Part shown: positions 8,039-18,894 of the stretch, piece by piece
Layout: each line of letters begins with the position of its first letter
Numbering within the stretch: the stretch's first letter is position 1
Assembly: GCA_965659525.1 (NCBI GenBank)
Contig: CBFHWA010000001.1
Location: forward strand, 1-44,898
Length of the DNA stretch: 44,898 nt
From: Pontimonas sp.
GTDB lineage: Bacteria; Actinomycetota; Actinomycetes; Actinomycetales; Microbacteriaceae
Direction of reading: 5' to 3'
The notes under the pieces: generated by a model
Seen by the model: only the letters and a program-made list of their open reading frames with translations
The model's database searches: none
What the model was told of the DNA's origin: nothing
Made by a program: the position numbers and the translations under genes

Positions 8039-9298
8039 GTGAAGATTTTGGTTCTCGGTTCTGGGGCCAGGGAACACTCCCTTGTCATGGCTCTTTCTCG
8101 CGAACCCGGGCACACGATCTACGCCGCTCCCGGTAACGCCGGGACGGGGCAACTGGCTGAAAACATTGCCCTGCAAGCAACTAATCCGAAACTCGTGACC
8201 GAAGCAGCCAGTGACTTAGGCGTTGATCTGGTGATTATCGGACCAGAAGCACCACTCGTTGCCGGCGTCGCCGATGCGCTTCGGGCGGCGGGTATCGCCG
8301 TATTTGGCCCCAACCACAAAGCCGCCGCCATCGAGGGGTCAAAGTCTTTTGCCAAAGACATCATGTCCTCAGCCGGAGTCCCGACAGGAGATTCACGCAC
8401 GGTGGCAAACCACGACGAGCTGCTGGCTGCCCTTGACCAGATGGGTTCGCCATTTGTGGTTAAAGCTGACGGGCTCGCCGCGGGCAAAGGGGTGCTGGTT
8501 ACCGAGGACCGCCAGGCCGCTATCGACCACGCCTCCTACTACCTCCAAGACGGCACCGTGGTGGTTGAAGAATTTCTTGACGGCCAGGAAGTGTCACTAT
8601 TTTTCCTCTCCGATGGCACCACTGTTGTTCCCCTGGCTCCGGCGCAGGATTACAAACGCGCCTTCGATCACGATGAGGGGCCTAACACCGGCGGTATGGG
8701 TGCCTACAGTCCCCTGCCCTGGCTCGAGGATGACTTTGTCCATACGGTGACCACCACCGTCGCCCAACCGACTATTGACGAGTTGTCCCACCGCAAGCTC
8801 CCCTTTATCGGTCTTCTCTACTGCGGGCTGATCATCACCTCGAGCGGTGTGAAGGTCATCGAGTTCAATGCCCGCTTTGGTGACCCAGAAACCCAGGTGG
8901 TTTTGGCGAGGCTTTCGACCCCGCTGGCCCCCCTCCTCCTGGCGGCCGCCCAGGGAGCCCTCGCCGATATTCCCGCTCCCGAATTTTCCGACCAGGTCGC
9001 GATGACCGTTGTCCTCGCCAGTGAGGGCTACCCGGAAGCACCGCAGACCGGACGAGTCATCTCCGGAATCGATGACGCCTTGGCGGTTACCGGAGTCAGC
9101 ATCGCCCACGCGGCGACGGCCGAATCAGACGGACAACTCATTGCCACTGGTGGTCGAGTGCTGAGCGTCATCGCCACGGGCGATGCTTTTGATGACGCGC
9201 GCACCCGCGCCTACAAAGCTCTCGCCGCGATCGGTCTAGAGGGCAGCCACTATCGCCACGACATCGCGGCCCGGGTCACCGATGACCACGCTGGATAA
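8039..9298 (+). CDS. purD: Phosphoribosylamine--glycine ligase
   Basis: (M)KILVLGSGAREH, 'GPEAPLVAG', 'VKADGLAAGKGV', 'GPNTGGMGAY' and 'EFNARFGDPE'. Start at GTG 8039. Confidence 0.98.
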   Translation: MKILVLGSGAREHSLVMALSREPGHTIYAAPGNAGTGQLAENIALQATNPKLVTEAASDLGVDLVIIGPEAPLVAGVADALRAAGIAVFGPNHKAAAIEGSKSFAKDIMSSAGVPTGDSRTVANHDELLAALDQMGSPFVVKADGLAAGKGVLVTEDRQAAIDHASYYLQDGTVVVEEFLDGQEVSLFFLSDGTTVVPLAPAQDYKRAFDHDEGPNTGGMGAYSPLPWLEDDFVHTVTTTVAQPTIDELSHRKLPFIGLLYCGLIITSSGVKVIEFNARFGDPETQVVLARLSTPLAPLLLAAAQGALADIPAPEFSDQVAMTVVLASEGYPEAPQTGRVISGIDDALAVTGVSIAHAATAESDGQLIATGGRVLSVIATGDAFDDARTRAYKALAAIGLEGSHYRHDIAARVTDDHAG

Positions 9299-10154
9299 CT
9301 GGTCTCTGGACTACCAGGGCAAAGTCCGAGACGTTTATATTCCAAAAACTGCATCAAGCCGCGATGAGGCCGATCGGCTTCTCATCGTCGCCACCGACAG
9401 GGTGAGCGCCTTTGACGTCATTCTCCGCCCGGAGATTCCCGGGAAGGGTGCGGCCCTCACCCGGGTGAGCCAGTGGTGGATGAATCAATTCCCCACCATT
9501 GCCAACCATCTCTTACCCGATGAGCCCCCCGCAGAAGTAGCCGACAGGGCCGTCGTCACCGCAGCGCTTTCTATGCTTCCAGTGGAATGTGTCGTTCGGG
9601 GCTATCTTGTGGGCTCCGGCTGGAGTGACTATCAAGCCACCGGGGCGGTGTGTGGGATCGCCTTGCCGCCGGGTCTGCACGAAGGCGACCCGCTACCCGA
9701 GCCTCTATTCACCCCGGCGACGAAAGCCGCCGTTGGTGACCACGACGAGAACATCAGCTTCGAGGACGTCGTTGAGCTCGTCGGCAAAGCAGATGCTGTG
9801 GCACTGCGGGATACGAGCCTGGCGATATACACCGACGCTGCCGACATTGCGGCTTCGCGCGGGTTGATCCTCGCGGACACCAAACTGGAATTTGGTCGAG
9901 GCGAGCACCCGGGTGAGCTCGTGCTTGCCGATGAGGTACTCACCCCCGATAGCAGCCGCTACTGGGATCTCTCCCGCTACGAAGCAGGGGGGTCTGACCG
10001 GTTGGAGAGCTTCGATAAGCAGATCATTCGAAACTGGCTCCACGGACACTGGGACAAAGCCGGGCAACCACCGCGCCTTCCCGACGACGTTATTGAGTTG
10101 ACCACCCAGCGCTACCAGGAACTGGAAGCGAGGCTGATGGGGGCAACCCCATGA
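9282..10154 (+). CDS. purC: SAICAR synthetase
   Basis: 'YQGKVRDVY', 'ATDRVSAFD', 'ECVVRGYL', 'ADTKLEFG', 'DEVLTPDSSRYW' and 'FDKQ'. Confidence 0.97.
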   Translation: MTTLDNWSLDYQGKVRDVYIPKTASSRDEADRLLIVATDRVSAFDVILRPEIPGKGAALTRVSQWWMNQFPTIANHLLPDEPPAEVADRAVVTAALSMLPVECVVRGYLVGSGWSDYQATGAVCGIALPPGLHEGDPLPEPLFTPATKAAVGDHDENISFEDVVELVGKADAVALRDTSLAIYTDAADIAASRGLILADTKLEFGRGEHPGELVLADEVLTPDSSRYWDLSRYEAGGSDRLESFDKQIIRNWLHGHWDKAGQPPRLPDDVIELTTQRYQELEARLMGATP

Positions 10155-10945
10155 GTGTGAACCTCGATACGGGCCCGTCCATGCCACCGCTTCGCCCCTG
10201 GCACACAGCGGCCAGGCCGCTGGGGCTGGTGCTGGCGCCCCTCCTTCTGACCCAGGGCCGGATTGCCCGGGCCAAACGGGGGCGACTGCCAAACGCCCCC
10301 CTGCCCTGGTCAGGAACAATCAACGGGCCGCGGCCGCTGCACATGGTGGGTCTTGGCGATTCCACTATTGCCGGAGTTGGCGTGGATAACCCCATGCTCG
10401 GCCTAACCTCCCAACTCGCCCGCGGTCTCTACGGCCACACCGGCCGGGGCATCATCTGGGATAGCTACGGCGAGCGCGGCATCACCACTAGTCAGTTGCT
10501 AGAGAATTTTCTGCCCCACGCTTTGGACCACCACGAGGGCATTGATATCGCCTTAGTGTCGATTGGCGCCAACGACGCGAAGAATCTTCGCTCGGCCCAG
10601 GCGGCGGTGACCAATATCCTCCACACGCTCGATCGTCTCCACGCCCACTCACCGCAGGCTCTCATCGTGGTGTCTTCACTGCCGGCTTTTCACCTGTTTG
10701 ACTCCCTGGCCCAACCCTTGCGCGGCGTGATGGCCGGACACGGCCAGGCAATTGAACGGCGAGCGCGACCGCTAGTGGAGGCTCGTCGCTACGCGCTGAT
10801 GCTTCCCCCACCCGGCCACTACCCTCCCGGGTTTTTCGCCTCAGATGGGTTTCACCCCAGCGCCGATGGGTATCGCATTTGGGCGCAGTTTGCCATCGAC
10901 CACCTGGTGGGTCGGGGCGGTCTTGAGCACCTCGTGGCCCGATAG
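10151..10945 (+). CDS. SGNH/GDSL hydrolase
   Basis: Block I 'GDSTIAGVG', block III 'IGAND' and block V 'DGFHPSADGY'. Confidence 0.9.
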   Translation: MSVNLDTGPSMPPLRPWHTAARPLGLVLAPLLLTQGRIARAKRGRLPNAPLPWSGTINGPRPLHMVGLGDSTIAGVGVDNPMLGLTSQLARGLYGHTGRGIIWDSYGERGITTSQLLENFLPHALDHHEGIDIALVSIGANDAKNLRSAQAAVTNILHTLDRLHAHSPQALIVVSSLPAFHLFDSLAQPLRGVMAGHGQAIERRARPLVEARRYALMLPPPGHYPPGFFASDGFHPSADGYRIWAQFAIDHLVGRGGLEHLVAR

Positions 10946-10991
10946 ACTGGGCGAAGTTTTCCTACCGCCTGGCTCGAGGAGATGGCATCTA

Positions 10992-11240
10992 GTGTCCACC
11001 ATCATCATCGAGGTGATGCCCAAGCGCGAACTTCTCGACCCGGCGGGTAAAGCCGTCCAACGGGCGCTCCAGCGCGATGGCCACGGCGAGATTGTCGATG
11101 TTCGAATCGGTAAACGCTTCGAACTGCGCGTCGATGGTGACGTCACCGACGCCCACCTCGCCACGGCGAAGACCATTGCCGATGATTTGTTGTCTAACGG
11201 TGTCATTGAAGACGTCGTTGACATCCGGGTGGAGGCCTAG
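10992..11240 (+). CDS. purS: FGAM synthase subunit PurS
   Basis: GTG 10992 after GAGGAG; 'VMPKRELLDPAGKAV', 'VRIGKRFEL' and 'LLSNGVIED'. Confidence 0.95.
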   Translation: MSTIIIEVMPKRELLDPAGKAVQRALQRDGHGEIVDVRIGKRFELRVDGDVTDAHLATAKTIADDLLSNGVIEDVVDIRVEA

Positions 11241-11245
11241 CCCTG

Positions 11246-11941
11246 ATGCGCATCGGGGTTGTCACTTTTCCTGGATCGCTCGATGACCGCGATGCGATGC
11301 GGGCGGTGCGCTTAGCCGGCCACACTCCCGTGGCGTTGTGGCATAAGGACCACGACTTGCGCGATGTTGAAGCGATTGTCTTGCCGGGGGGCTTTAGCTA
11401 CGGCGACTATTTGCGCTGCGGTGCGATCGCGGCGCGCTCGGCGATCATGACCGACATCCTCGAGGCGATTGACCGCGGCGTCCCCGTTTTGGGTATCTGC
11501 AACGGCTTCCAGATTCTCGTCGAGGCGGGCGTTCTTGCCGGCGGTCTCATCCGCAACGACCACGGTGATTTCATCTGCCGCGACCAGGAGCTCGTCGTGG
11601 AAAACACCGACACCCGCTGGAGTGCTGGGTTTGAAAAAGACCAACACATCACGATTCCGCTGAAAAACGGTGAGGGTGGCTATATCGCCGATGATGAAAC
11701 CCTCAAGCGGGTGGAGGGTGAGGGACTGGTCGTCTTTCGCTACTGGGGGACGAACCCCAACGGTTCACTCCACGATATTGCCGGGTTACGTAACGAGTCG
11801 GGCACTGTCGTTGGGTTGATGCCACACCCGGAACACGCGGTGGAGCCGGGCTTTGGCCCCGATACCGACCAGGCGATGCGAAGTGGAACCGACGGACTCA
11901 CGATGTTTACCTCCGTCGCGCTGGAGGGGGTGCTTCGATGA
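11246..11941 (+). CDS. purQ: FGAM synthase glutaminase subunit
   Basis: 'VTFPGS', 'PGGFSYGDYLR', 'GICNGFQ' and 'GLMPHPE'. Confidence 0.98.
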   Translation: MRIGVVTFPGSLDDRDAMRAVRLAGHTPVALWHKDHDLRDVEAIVLPGGFSYGDYLRCGAIAARSAIMTDILEAIDRGVPVLGICNGFQILVEAGVLAGGLIRNDHGDFICRDQELVVENTDTRWSAGFEKDQHITIPLKNGEGGYIADDETLKRVEGEGLVVFRYWGTNPNGSLHDIAGLRNESGTVVGLMPHPEHAVEPGFGPDTDQAMRSGTDGLTMFTSVALEGVLR

Positions 11942-12408
11942 GGCTCAAGCCCAAAGATCTCTACGGCATCGCCGCGGTGTCCGAAATGGTCACCTGGACG
12001 GGGCTGATTGCGGCGATGGTGCTGCGCTACGGCTTCGGCGACGATGTCTCCTGGTTTTTCCTCGCCGGCATCTCCCACGGAACCGTTTTTCTCGCCCACG
12101 TGACAATTGCCGCCATTGTCGGGCACAACCAGCGCTGGAGGTTCTGGCGACTGCTCTTGGCGTGGCTTTCGGCTGTTCCGCCGTATATGACGGTGCCCTT
12201 TGATCGCGCCCTGCATAAACGTGGTCTCCTCGATGGCGACTGGCGAACTGAAGCCACCGATGACCCGCGTGATCAGCGCTTCCCGGACCCGCTTTTTCGC
12301 TGGTTTATCGCCAGACCGTGGATTTTGCTTGGCACACTCATTGGCGTCGTGGCGTTGTTAACACTCCTGGCGCTGGTTGTGGGCCCGCCCGATGAATGGG
12401 GGTCATAA
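11938..12408 (+). CDS. DUF3817 family membrane protein
   Basis: 'AVSEMVTWTGL', 'AGISHGTVFLA' and 'SAVPPYMTVPFD'; translationally coupled to purQ. Confidence 0.8.
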   Translation: MRLKPKDLYGIAAVSEMVTWTGLIAAMVLRYGFGDDVSWFFLAGISHGTVFLAHVTIAAIVGHNQRWRFWRLLLAWLSAVPPYMTVPFDRALHKRGLLDGDWRTEATDDPRDQRFPDPLFRWFIARPWILLGTLIGVVALLTLLALVVGPPDEWGS

Positions 12409-12411
12409 CCC

Positions 12412-14718
12412 GTGACACACCCGATTGATTCTGTTACCCACGCCCAGACCACCCCCGAGCGCGAGCTTCCCTACCGCGAACTGGGTGTGACCGATGACGA
12501 ATACCAGCAGATTGTGGGCCTCTTGGGCCGCCGCCCGACCTCAGGTGAGCTGGCGATGTATTCGGTGATGTGGTCTGAGCACTGTTCCTATAAGAGCTCC
12601 AAAGTCCACCTTCGCCAGTTTGGCGAAAAGCTCACCGAGTCGATGCGCAAAAACCTCATGGTCGGAATGGGCCAAAACGCCGGTGTGGTGGATGTGGGTG
12701 AGGGCTGGGCGGTGACGTTCAAAATCGAAAGCCACAACCACCCCAGCTTCATTGAACCCTTCCAGGGGGCGGCAACGGGTATCGGGGGAATCGTGCGCGA
12801 CATCATCTCGATGGGCGCACGGCCCATTGGGGTAATGGACGCCCTGCGATTTGGCGCCCTCGACCACGACGACACCGCCCGGGTGGTCCCCGGAGTGGTC
12901 TCCGGTATTAGCTTCTACGGAAACTGTCTGGGCCTTCCCAATATTGGGGGCGAAACTTGGTTTGATCCCAGCTACCAAAAAAACCCGCTGGTCAATGCTC
13001 TCGCCGTCGGGGTGATGCGCCACGAGGACATCCGCCTGGCAAACGCCACCGGCTCGGGCAATAAAGTGGTGCTCTTCGGCGCTCGCACCGGTGGTGACGG
13101 AATTGGTGGAGCCTCCATCCTCGCCAGCGAGACGTTTGGTGACGATGGTCGGCCCGCAAAGCGCCCTGCCGTGCAGGTTGGTGACCCCTTTGCCGAAAAG
13201 GTCCTCATCGAATGCTGCATGGAGCTCTTCGGGAGCCAACTCGTCGAAGCCATCCAGGATCTCGGTGCCGCAGGGATTAGCTGTGCCACCAGTGAGTTGG
13301 CCGCCAATGGTGATACCGGCATGGTTGTCGACCTTGACGAGGTGTTACTGCGCGACGAGACACTCACTCCGGAAGAGATTTTGATGTCCGAGTCGCAGGA
13401 GCGGATGATGGCGATTGTCAGCCCCGAGAAGCTCGATGATTTCCTCGCGGTGACCGATAAGTGGGATGTTGAAACCAGCGTGTTGGGCGAGGTCACCGAT
13501 ACGGGTCGTCTCATTATCAACTGGCGCGGTGAAACCATTGTCGATGTCGATCCGAAAACGGTTGCCATCGATTCGCCGGTCTACAACCGGCCCATGAGCC
13601 GCCCGGTGTGGCTTGATCGGCTCCAAGCAGACAGCATCCACAGCACCGAACGGGTCAATGACCCCGCGGCAGTGATCGCGCAAATCGAAACCGTCCTGGC
13701 CCACCCCAACCTGCAGGCGGCAACCTGGATTACCAACCAGTACGACCACTACGTGCTGGGAAACACTGCCCTGACCACCCCGGATGATGCGGGAATGCTC
13801 CGCGTCGATGAGGAATCAGGCCTCGGTGTGGCCATTGCCACGGACGCCAACGGTCGCTACGGCCAGCTCGACCCCCGCCAGGGTGCCATCCTCGCGCTGG
13901 CTGAGGCCTATCGAAACGTTGCCAGTACCGGCGCAACACCCGTGGCGGTGAGTGACTGTTTGAACTTTGGCAGCCCCGAGGACCCGGAAGTGATGTGGCA
14001 GTTTGCCGAAGCTGTCACCGGTCTCGCCGATGGCTGCGTTGAACTAGAAATCCCCGTCACCGGCGGAAACGTGAGCCTCTACAACCAGACCGGCTCCACC
14101 CCGATTCAGCCCACCCCGGTCGTTGCCGTAATGGGAGTCATCGACGAAGTCGCCCGGCGCTTACCCTCCGGCTGGCAAGACGATGGCGAAAACATCTACC
14201 TGCTGGGCACCACCCACCTGGAACTCGATGGCTCCATCTGGGCCGATGCCATTCACGGGCACTTGGGTGGAATGCCACCATCAGTCGATCTCACCCGGGA
14301 ACAGGCCCTGGCCAAACTGCTCCACCACGCCGCCCACGATGGCCTCGTCACCTCCGCCCACGACCTCTCGACCGGTGGGCTCATTCAATCGTTGAGCGAA
14401 TCCTGTCTGCGCCGCGGTGTGGGCGCTCGAGTCTGGTTGGGCGAAGTGATGGAGCGCGACGGCATTGATGTGGTCACCGCCTTGTTTTCTGAATCCCAAA
14501 CCCGGGTCATTGTCTCTGTTGCCCGGGAAGACGACGTGAAGTTCCGCGGCCTATGCGAAGGCCGCGGTGTTCCCGTCGCCAGAATCGGCGTCACCGATGC
14601 CCCCGGAATGGCCCTCGAGATCACCGATGTCGCGAGCTTCCCCCTCGAGAGAATCCACGAGCTTCACGAAGCCACCCTGCCGGCAGTGTTGGGGCCGGTT
14701 GTCGGTGGCCAGGCTTAG
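12412..14718 (+). CDS. purL: FGAM synthase subunit PurL
   Basis: '[11 protein letters not shown]', 'ESHNHPS', 'QDLGAAG', 'MSESQERM', 'GGNVSLYN' and 'LFSESQ'. Confidence 0.98.
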   Translation: MTHPIDSVTHAQTTPERELPYRELGVTDDEYQQIVGLLGRRPTSGELAMYSVMWSEHCSYKSSKVHLRQFGEKLTESMRKNLMVGMGQNAGVVDVGEGWAVTFKIESHNHPSFIEPFQGAATGIGGIVRDIISMGARPIGVMDALRFGALDHDDTARVVPGVVSGISFYGNCLGLPNIGGETWFDPSYQKNPLVNALAVGVMRHEDIRLANATGSGNKVVLFGARTGGDGIGGASILASETFGDDGRPAKRPAVQVGDPFAEKVLIECCMELFGSQLVEAIQDLGAAGISCATSELAANGDTGMVVDLDEVLLRDETLTPEEILMSESQERMMAIVSPEKLDDFLAVTDKWDVETSVLGEVTDTGRLIINWRGETIVDVDPKTVAIDSPVYNRPMSRPVWLDRLQADSIHSTERVNDPAAVIAQIETVLAHPNLQAATWITNQYDHYVLGNTALTTPDDAGMLRVDEESGLGVAIATDANGRYGQLDPRQGAILALAEAYRNVASTGATPVAVSDCLNFGSPEDPEVMWQFAEAVTGLADGCVELEIPVTGGNVSLYNQTGSTPIQPTPVVAVMGVIDEVARRLPSGWQDDGENIYLLGTTHLELDGSIWADAIHGHLGGMPPSVDLTREQALAKLLHHAAHDGLVTSAHDLSTGGLIQSLSESCLRRGVGARVWLGEVMERDGIDVVTALFSESQTRVIVSVAREDDVKFRGLCEGRGVPVARIGVTDAPGMALEITDVASFPLERIHELHEATLPAVLGPVVGGQA

Positions 14719-14730
14719 GCTCAATTCATC

Positions 14731-15324
14731 GTGATTGAACAAGAACGCTTCCTGGTCCCCTCGCGGGAGCGCGAAAAGTGGCTCGAGATCCGCCAGCAGG
14801 GTGTCACCGCAACGGCGGTGTCCAAAGCGGTCACCCCTGATGGCTACCGAGAAGTTCTCGAGCAGCTGCGCCAACCCGCCGACATTCCCGATAACGACTA
14901 CATGCGCTTTGGTCGGGAACAAGAGGGGCCCATTATGGAAAAACTCCAAACCATTGTGGACGTGGAGCCAAACGATTGGCTGATCTCAAAAGACGCGGCC
15001 GAGAACAAGTGGATGATGGCGACACCCGATGGGCTCTCTGCCACCCACGAGGTGATTGCCGAGGTGAAAACCACCGGCCGGGATTGGGAGCGCTGGGCCA
15101 AAGTCCCCGGTAACTACCACCGTCAAGTCCAGTGGCAACTCTTCGTCACCGGCGCACAGATGTGTGTCTTTGCCTGGATGCTGCGGGTGAAACGCGGCGG
15201 TGTGATGGAACCCGGATGGCCGGGGCCAAAATTCGTTGAAGTCACGCGCGATGAGGTTCTCATTGAGCGGCTCCAAGAAACCGCCCATCGCCTCTATGGC
15301 GACCTACTCGCCCTCCGCCGCTAA
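14731..15324 (+). CDS. YqaJ-like (lambda-exonuclease family) nuclease
   Basis: 'WLEIRQQGVTAT', 'MRFGREQE', 'ATPDG', 'EVKT' (PD-(D/E)xK) and 'YHRQVQWQLFVTG'. Confidence 0.9.
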   Translation: MIEQERFLVPSREREKWLEIRQQGVTATAVSKAVTPDGYREVLEQLRQPADIPDNDYMRFGREQEGPIMEKLQTIVDVEPNDWLISKDAAENKWMMATPDGLSATHEVIAEVKTTGRDWERWAKVPGNYHRQVQWQLFVTGAQMCVFAWMLRVKRGGVMEPGWPGPKFVEVTRDEVLIERLQETAHRLYGDLLALRR

Positions 15325-15600
15325 GGCTTCGTGGTGCTGGATTACCTCCGCGAGGATGAACTCCAGAAACTTTTCGGCAAACGCCGGATCCAAGTCGACG
15401 TCTTCGGCTAACCGGCGCAACCGGGCAATCTGCCACGCCTCCCGTTCGGGGTCCGACGGTGGCATCGCGGCACCGGCCTTCAGTCGACCCACCGCTTTCG
15501 TATTCTTAAACCGCTCAGCGAGCAGGTGAATCAGCGCCGCATCAATATTGTCGATACTGCGGCGAAGCTCGAGAAGTTGCTCGTAGGGGTCAGCCGACAT
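15304..15600 (-). CDS. Chorismate mutase (AroQ type)
   Basis: 'LRRSIDNIDAALIHLLAERF..T..VGRLKA..PPSDPERE..Q'. Confidence 0.93.
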   Translation of the reverse strand: MSADPYEQLLELRRSIDNIDAALIHLLAERFKNTKAVGRLKAGAAMPPSDPEREAWQIARLRRLAEDVDLDPAFAEKFLEFILAEVIQHHEALAAEGE

Positions 15601-15623
15601 GTCCGACAGCCTAACCGTGTTGG

Positions 15624-16916
15624 TTAGCGCTTACCCAGCAAATCGTGGCGAACAATCACCGCATCCCGCGCCGGGCCGACCCCGATGACCGAAATGCGCT
15701 GACCGATCATCTCCTCGAGGGTGGTGACATAGTCTCTCGCGGCGGCCGGCAGATCAGAAAACTCCCGGGCGCCCTCGATGTTGTCACTCCAACCGGGGAC
15801 GGTCTCGTAGATCGGTGTGGCATGGTGGAAGTCAGTCTGAGACCAGGGCACATCATCAACACGTGTGCCATCCACCTCGTAGCCGACACACACCGGGATT
15901 TCATCCAGCCCGGTCAACACATCCAGTTTGGTCAACACATAGTCGGTGATTCCGTTGATCCTCGTGGCATACCGGGCAATCGGGGCATCAAACCAGCCCG
16001 TGCGGCGCGGCCGGCCGGTCGTCGTGCCAAACTCGTGGCCTCGATCACGCAGCCAATCGCCCCACTGGTCGTGAAGCTCGGTGGGAAACGGCCCCGAGCC
16101 GACCCTGGTGGTGTAGGCCTTAACGATTCCCACCACCGTATCCAGGCGCCACGGCGCTACCCCCGAGCCCGTCGCTGCACCACCGGAGGTCGCACTGGAC
16201 GAGGTGACAAACGGGTAGGTGCCGTGGTCAACGTCCAGCATGGTTGCCTGGCCGCCCTCAAAGAGCACCGTGTCGCCACGGTCGAGAGCAGTATTCAACT
16301 CCAGGGCCGTATCGGCCACCATCGGCTCGAGGCGCTCACGGTGGGCGAGGAGTTCATCGACGACCTCGTCGACGCCAATCGCCCGGCGGTTATAGACCTT
16401 CACCAAAAGGTGGTTTTTAACCTCGAGAGCCCCCTCAACTTTTTGACGCAAGATTCCTTCGTCGAAAATGTCTTGGATGCGAATCCCGATGCGGTTGATT
16501 TTGTCGGCGTAGGTCGGACCAATCCCGCGACCGGTGGTGCCAATCTGGCGTTTACCTAAGAAACGCTCGGTGACCTTGTCGAGGGTGCGGTGGTAGAGGG
16601 TGACGACGTGGGCGTGGGAGCTCACCCGGAGTTTCGACACATCCAGTCCCCGTTCGACCAAACCGTCGAGCTCGTCGGCCAACACATCGAGGTCGACGAC
16701 AACGCCGTTGCCGATCACCGGGGTGACCCCGGGGGTGAGGATGCCGCTGGGCAGTAGGTGGAGGGCGTATTTTTCGTCACCGATGACGACCGTGTGTCCG
16801 GCGTTGTTACCGCCGTTGAACTTCACGACGTAATCGATGCGATCGCCCAGGAGGTCGGTGGCTTTGCCTTTACCCTCGTCGCCCCACTGGGCGCCAACAA
16901 TGACGACGGCAGACAT
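15624..16916 (-). CDS. purA: Adenylosuccinate synthetase
   Basis: '[11 protein letters not shown]', 'GGNNAGHT', '[11 protein letters not shown]' and 'GTTTGRPRR'. Confidence 0.98.
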   Translation of the reverse strand: MSAVVIVGAQWGDEGKGKATDLLGDRIDYVVKFNGGNNAGHTVVIGDEKYALHLLPSGILTPGVTPVIGNGVVVDLDVLADELDGLVERGLDVSKLRVSSHAHVVTLYHRTLDKVTERFLGKRQIGTTGRGIGPTYADKINRIGIRIQDIFDEGILRQKVEGALEVKNHLLVKVYNRRAIGVDEVVDELLAHRERLEPMVADTALELNTALDRGDTVLFEGGQATMLDVDHGTYPFVTSSSATSGGAATGSGVAPWRLDTVVGIVKAYTTRVGSGPFPTELHDQWGDWLRDRGHEFGTTTGRPRRTGWFDAPIARYATRINGITDYVLTKLDVLTGLDEIPVCVGYEVDGTRVDDVPWSQTDFHHATPIYETVPGWSDNIEGAREFSDLPAAARDYVTTLEEMIGQRISVIGVGPARDAVIVRHDLLGKR

Positions 16917-16955
16917 GCAGAATCCTCAAGTCTTAGCGGGCATTACCCAGACAGT

Positions 16956-17609
16956 CTAGTCGCTGGGCCCCGGCCCCACCCCAAAGTGGTGCTGCATCAG
17001 CCACTGGTGCATGACAATCGCCGCGGCTGCCGAGGCGTTAATCGACCGTGTGGAACCAAACTGGGTAATCTCCACAACCTGATCGGATGCCTGAATCATT
17101 TCCTCAGAAAGCCCGGGGCCCTCCTGGCCAAAAACGAAAACACACTGCTTGGGCAGCACCGTTTTTTCAATCGGGGTCGAGCCCTCGACATTGTCGACAC
17201 CGATGACGGGTACGCCAGCCTCGCGGGCCCAGCTGGTGAAGTCCGCCACCTCCGGGTGGTGTCGAATGTGTTGGTAGCGGTCAGTGACCATCGCCCCTCG
17301 CCGATTCCAGCGCTTTCGGCCCACGATGTGGACCTCCTGGGCAAGAAACGCGTTAGCTGTTCGAACAATCGAGCCAATGTTGAGGTCGTGTTGCCAGTTT
17401 TCGATTGCCACGTGGAACTGATGCCGCCGCGGGTCCAAATCGGCCACGATGGCCTCCATCGTCCAGTAGCGGTAGTGGTCAGCGACGTTTCTCGAATCGC
17501 CGTGTTCTAACAACTCCGGGTCGTAGTTCTGGCCCGTTGGCCAATCACCAGGCCACGGTCCCACCCCGTGGGTGGAGCGCTCTGGGTGCTGGTGGGGCTG
17601 ATCGATCAC
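16956..17609 (-). CDS. TrmH/SpoU family RNA methyltransferase
   Basis: 'NIGSIVRTANAF', 'FGQEGPGL' and 'QFGSTRSINASAA'. Confidence 0.93.
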   Translation of the reverse strand: MIDQPHQHPERSTHGVGPWPGDWPTGQNYDPELLEHGDSRNVADHYRYWTMEAIVADLDPRRHQFHVAIENWQHDLNIGSIVRTANAFLAQEVHIVGRKRWNRRGAMVTDRYQHIRHHPEVADFTSWAREAGVPVIGVDNVEGSTPIEKTVLPKQCVFVFGQEGPGLSEEMIQASDQVVEITQFGSTRSINASAAAAIVMHQWLMQHHFGVGPGPSD

Positions 17610-17674
17610 CCCGCCAGCCTAGGCCGCCTCAACACACCCAAGCCCGCTCGTCCCGACAGCCGGGCCCTCAATTG

Positions 17675-18268
17675 CTATTGCCCAGAGGCAGCCGCCGTAA
17701 ACGGCTGCCCTGACTCACGGTAAATAAAACAGCCCATCAGCCGGTCACCACGCTCCCAGGCCGGCTCACCCAACGAATAGCCAGGAGCCACCAGCAGGTC
17801 GTCATAGGTGTGCAAAGACCCAAGCCCCGCCGGGTCAATATCCACACAGTGTTCACCGGCTGCCTCGCGGATCGCCTCATCGCCTGGGTAGTTAGCCCCT
17901 TTCCCGGAATCAATCACCGTGGCACGAACAAATTGTGCGTCATAGCTCGCATCGCACCCCACGACGACAAACTCTGGATCAAAAGCCCCCTCGAAGCCGT
18001 CAACACATTCACCGCCCTGGAGGTCGCTCCACTGCCACTCGCCCGGCGGCCGTGGGCCACTATCGATATCAGGAAAAACCACTGGCTCGGGAGGCTGGTT
18101 GGTCAGATCCTCAGAGCTGGGCGATTCGGTGCTGGCATCAACCGCGGCATCAGCGGGTGCATCGAGTGGTGGTTCCGGCGAGGCTAAACCGGACAACCAG
18201 TAGCCCACGACAAAAGCGGGAACCACTCCAGCCGAGGCGATCAGCAGCCACCGGATGTTGAGCCTCAC
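17675..18268 (-). CDS. Septum-formation family membrane-anchored protein
   Basis: N-terminal TM helix; 'LQGGEC', 'VVGC', 'YPGDE' and 'WERGDRLMGCF' Cys pattern. Confidence 0.75.
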   Translation of the reverse strand: MRLNIRWLLIASAGVVPAFVVGYWLSGLASPEPPLDAPADAAVDASTESPSSEDLTNQPPEPVVFPDIDSGPRPPGEWQWSDLQGGECVDGFEGAFDPEFVVVGCDASYDAQFVRATVIDSGKGANYPGDEAIREAAGEHCVDIDPAGLGSLHTYDDLLVAPGYSLGEPAWERGDRLMGCFIYRESGQPFTAAASGQ

Positions 18269-18813
18269 GCCAAGCCGAGGTCTGCTAACCCTAAGGCAGC
18301 GCGGTAGGGGTACCCGGCATCCTCAATAACCTGCTTCGCGCCGGTGTCGCGGTCGACAACCACCAACACGGCCACAATGATCGCCCCCGCTTTTTCTAAT
18401 GCCGCTGCCGCTTTCAACGGAGAGCCCCCCGTCGTGGAGGTGTCCTCAACGACAACCACTTTTTTACCCGACACGTCCGGGCCCTCCACCTGCTTACCCA
18501 TTCCGTGGTCTTTGGGCTCTTTGCGCACCACACAGGCATCCAGTGGCCGATGACGCAACACCGCACGGTGGAGCATGGCCGAAGCGATCGGGTCAGCACC
18601 CATGGTGAGGCCGCCCACACTGTCGACCTCGGGAAATTCCTCCAGTAGATCCAACATGACATCGCCGATCAGCGGGGCGACACGGTGGTCGAGACTCACC
18701 TGCCGTAAGTCGATATAGAACGACGCTTTTTTCCCGCTGGTGAGCGTAAAGTCACCGCGCGAGACCGCGAGGTCAGAAATGTACTGGGCGAGGTCTACAC
18801 GCGCGCTAGTCAC
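18265..18813 (-). CDS. pyrE: Orotate phosphoribosyltransferase
   Basis: 'FTLTSGKKASFYIDLR', 'GGLTMGADP', 'VRKEPKDHG' and 'VEDTSTTGGS'. Confidence 0.97.
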   Translation of the reverse strand: MTSARVDLAQYISDLAVSRGDFTLTSGKKASFYIDLRQVSLDHRVAPLIGDVMLDLLEEFPEVDSVGGLTMGADPIASAMLHRAVLRHRPLDACVVRKEPKDHGMGKQVEGPDVSGKKVVVVEDTSTTGGSPLKAAAALEKAGAIIVAVLVVVDRDTGAKQVIEDAGYPYRAALGLADLGLA

Positions 18814-18894
18814 AGCCGTCAGTGTAGCGATGGGGCTGCGCCCGCGGTGGCCTCATAGGATGAGGGGGCGAAACCAACCGGGAGTTGCAGGCCA

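Noticed and set aside
10381-10389. DnaA-box-like CGTGGATAA
   Set aside because: One mismatch and located inside the SGNH hydrolase CDS; likely chance.
15645-16559. 304-aa ORF antisense to purA (likewise 25062..25934 opposite dnaJ, 12541..13239 opposite purL and 42725..43447 opposite the TspO-like gene)
   Set aside because: Stop-poor antisense frames are expected at high GC, and each fully overlaps a confidently identified gene.
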